Position numbers and translations under genes: made by a program. From the NCBI GenBank assembly GCA_964621445.1, contig CAZUNO010000042.1, positions 1-16,534 of the forward strand: a stretch of DNA of 16,534 nucleotides. Reading direction: 5' to 3'. The first letter of the stretch is position 1; each line of letters begins with the position of its first letter. Source of the DNA: Candidatus Hadarchaeota archaeon. GTDB taxonomy: Archaea; CAYQAE01; CAYVLA01. Below, piece by piece: positions 16,450 through 16,534 of this stretch. The notes under the pieces are model-generated. The model did no database searches. It was given only the letters and a program-made list of their open reading frames with translations, and was not told the DNA's origin.

Positions 16450-16534
16450 GTAACTGTTTAGCTGGGTGTGGTTTGGGTCATTTGTTTGTAGGGGTGTAGT
16501 CCTTTCTGTTTCCAGGTTTGTATTATGGTCATTA
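16450..16534 (-). mobile_element. IS66-family element right end and transposase C-terminus (continues beyond the window)
   Basis: The - strand translates MTIIQTWKQKGLHPYKQMTQTTPS* (stop 16458-16460), like IS66 transposase C-termini. The stop sits inside a GTAA-initiated terminal sequence GTAACTGTTTAG. Confidence 0.75.

Noticed and set aside
1-16534. CRISPR array, rRNA or defence system
   Set aside because: No regularly spaced repeats, rRNA signatures or nuclease motifs were seen.

Overview
Archaeal-looking window (CDC48-type ATPase, MEDS domain, iron-sulfur flavoprotein, BRE/TATA-like promoters, GGAGG(TGA) ribosome-binding sites); the lineage cannot be fixed from sequence alone. The left part holds the 5' end of a PAS-domain gene, a large secreted, membrane-anchored metallophosphoesterase (FN3-like, MPP, two CARDB, CBM-like), a GC-rich structured intergenic element, an iron-sulfur flavoprotein gene and a decayed IS66 transposase. 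The main feature is a ~10.5 kb gas vesicle island. On + it reads gvpA-gvpN-gvpO-(basic GvpI-like)-small ORF-cdc48-(MEDS::PadR/GvpE-like)-gvpF-G-J-K-L-M. A convergent - strand unit encodes a small basic coiled-coil protein, a second GvpI-like protein, GvpH/Hsp20 and a TraB/TIKI-like protein. Unusual points: no recognisable gvpC or gvpD, a CDC48 lacking the HbYX tail inside the operon, a fused sensor-regulator, a zinc-ribbon GvpJ, a GvpM with a PH/GRAM-like tail, and IS66 sequence on both sides. All family calls come from motif recognition by eye; no searches were run.
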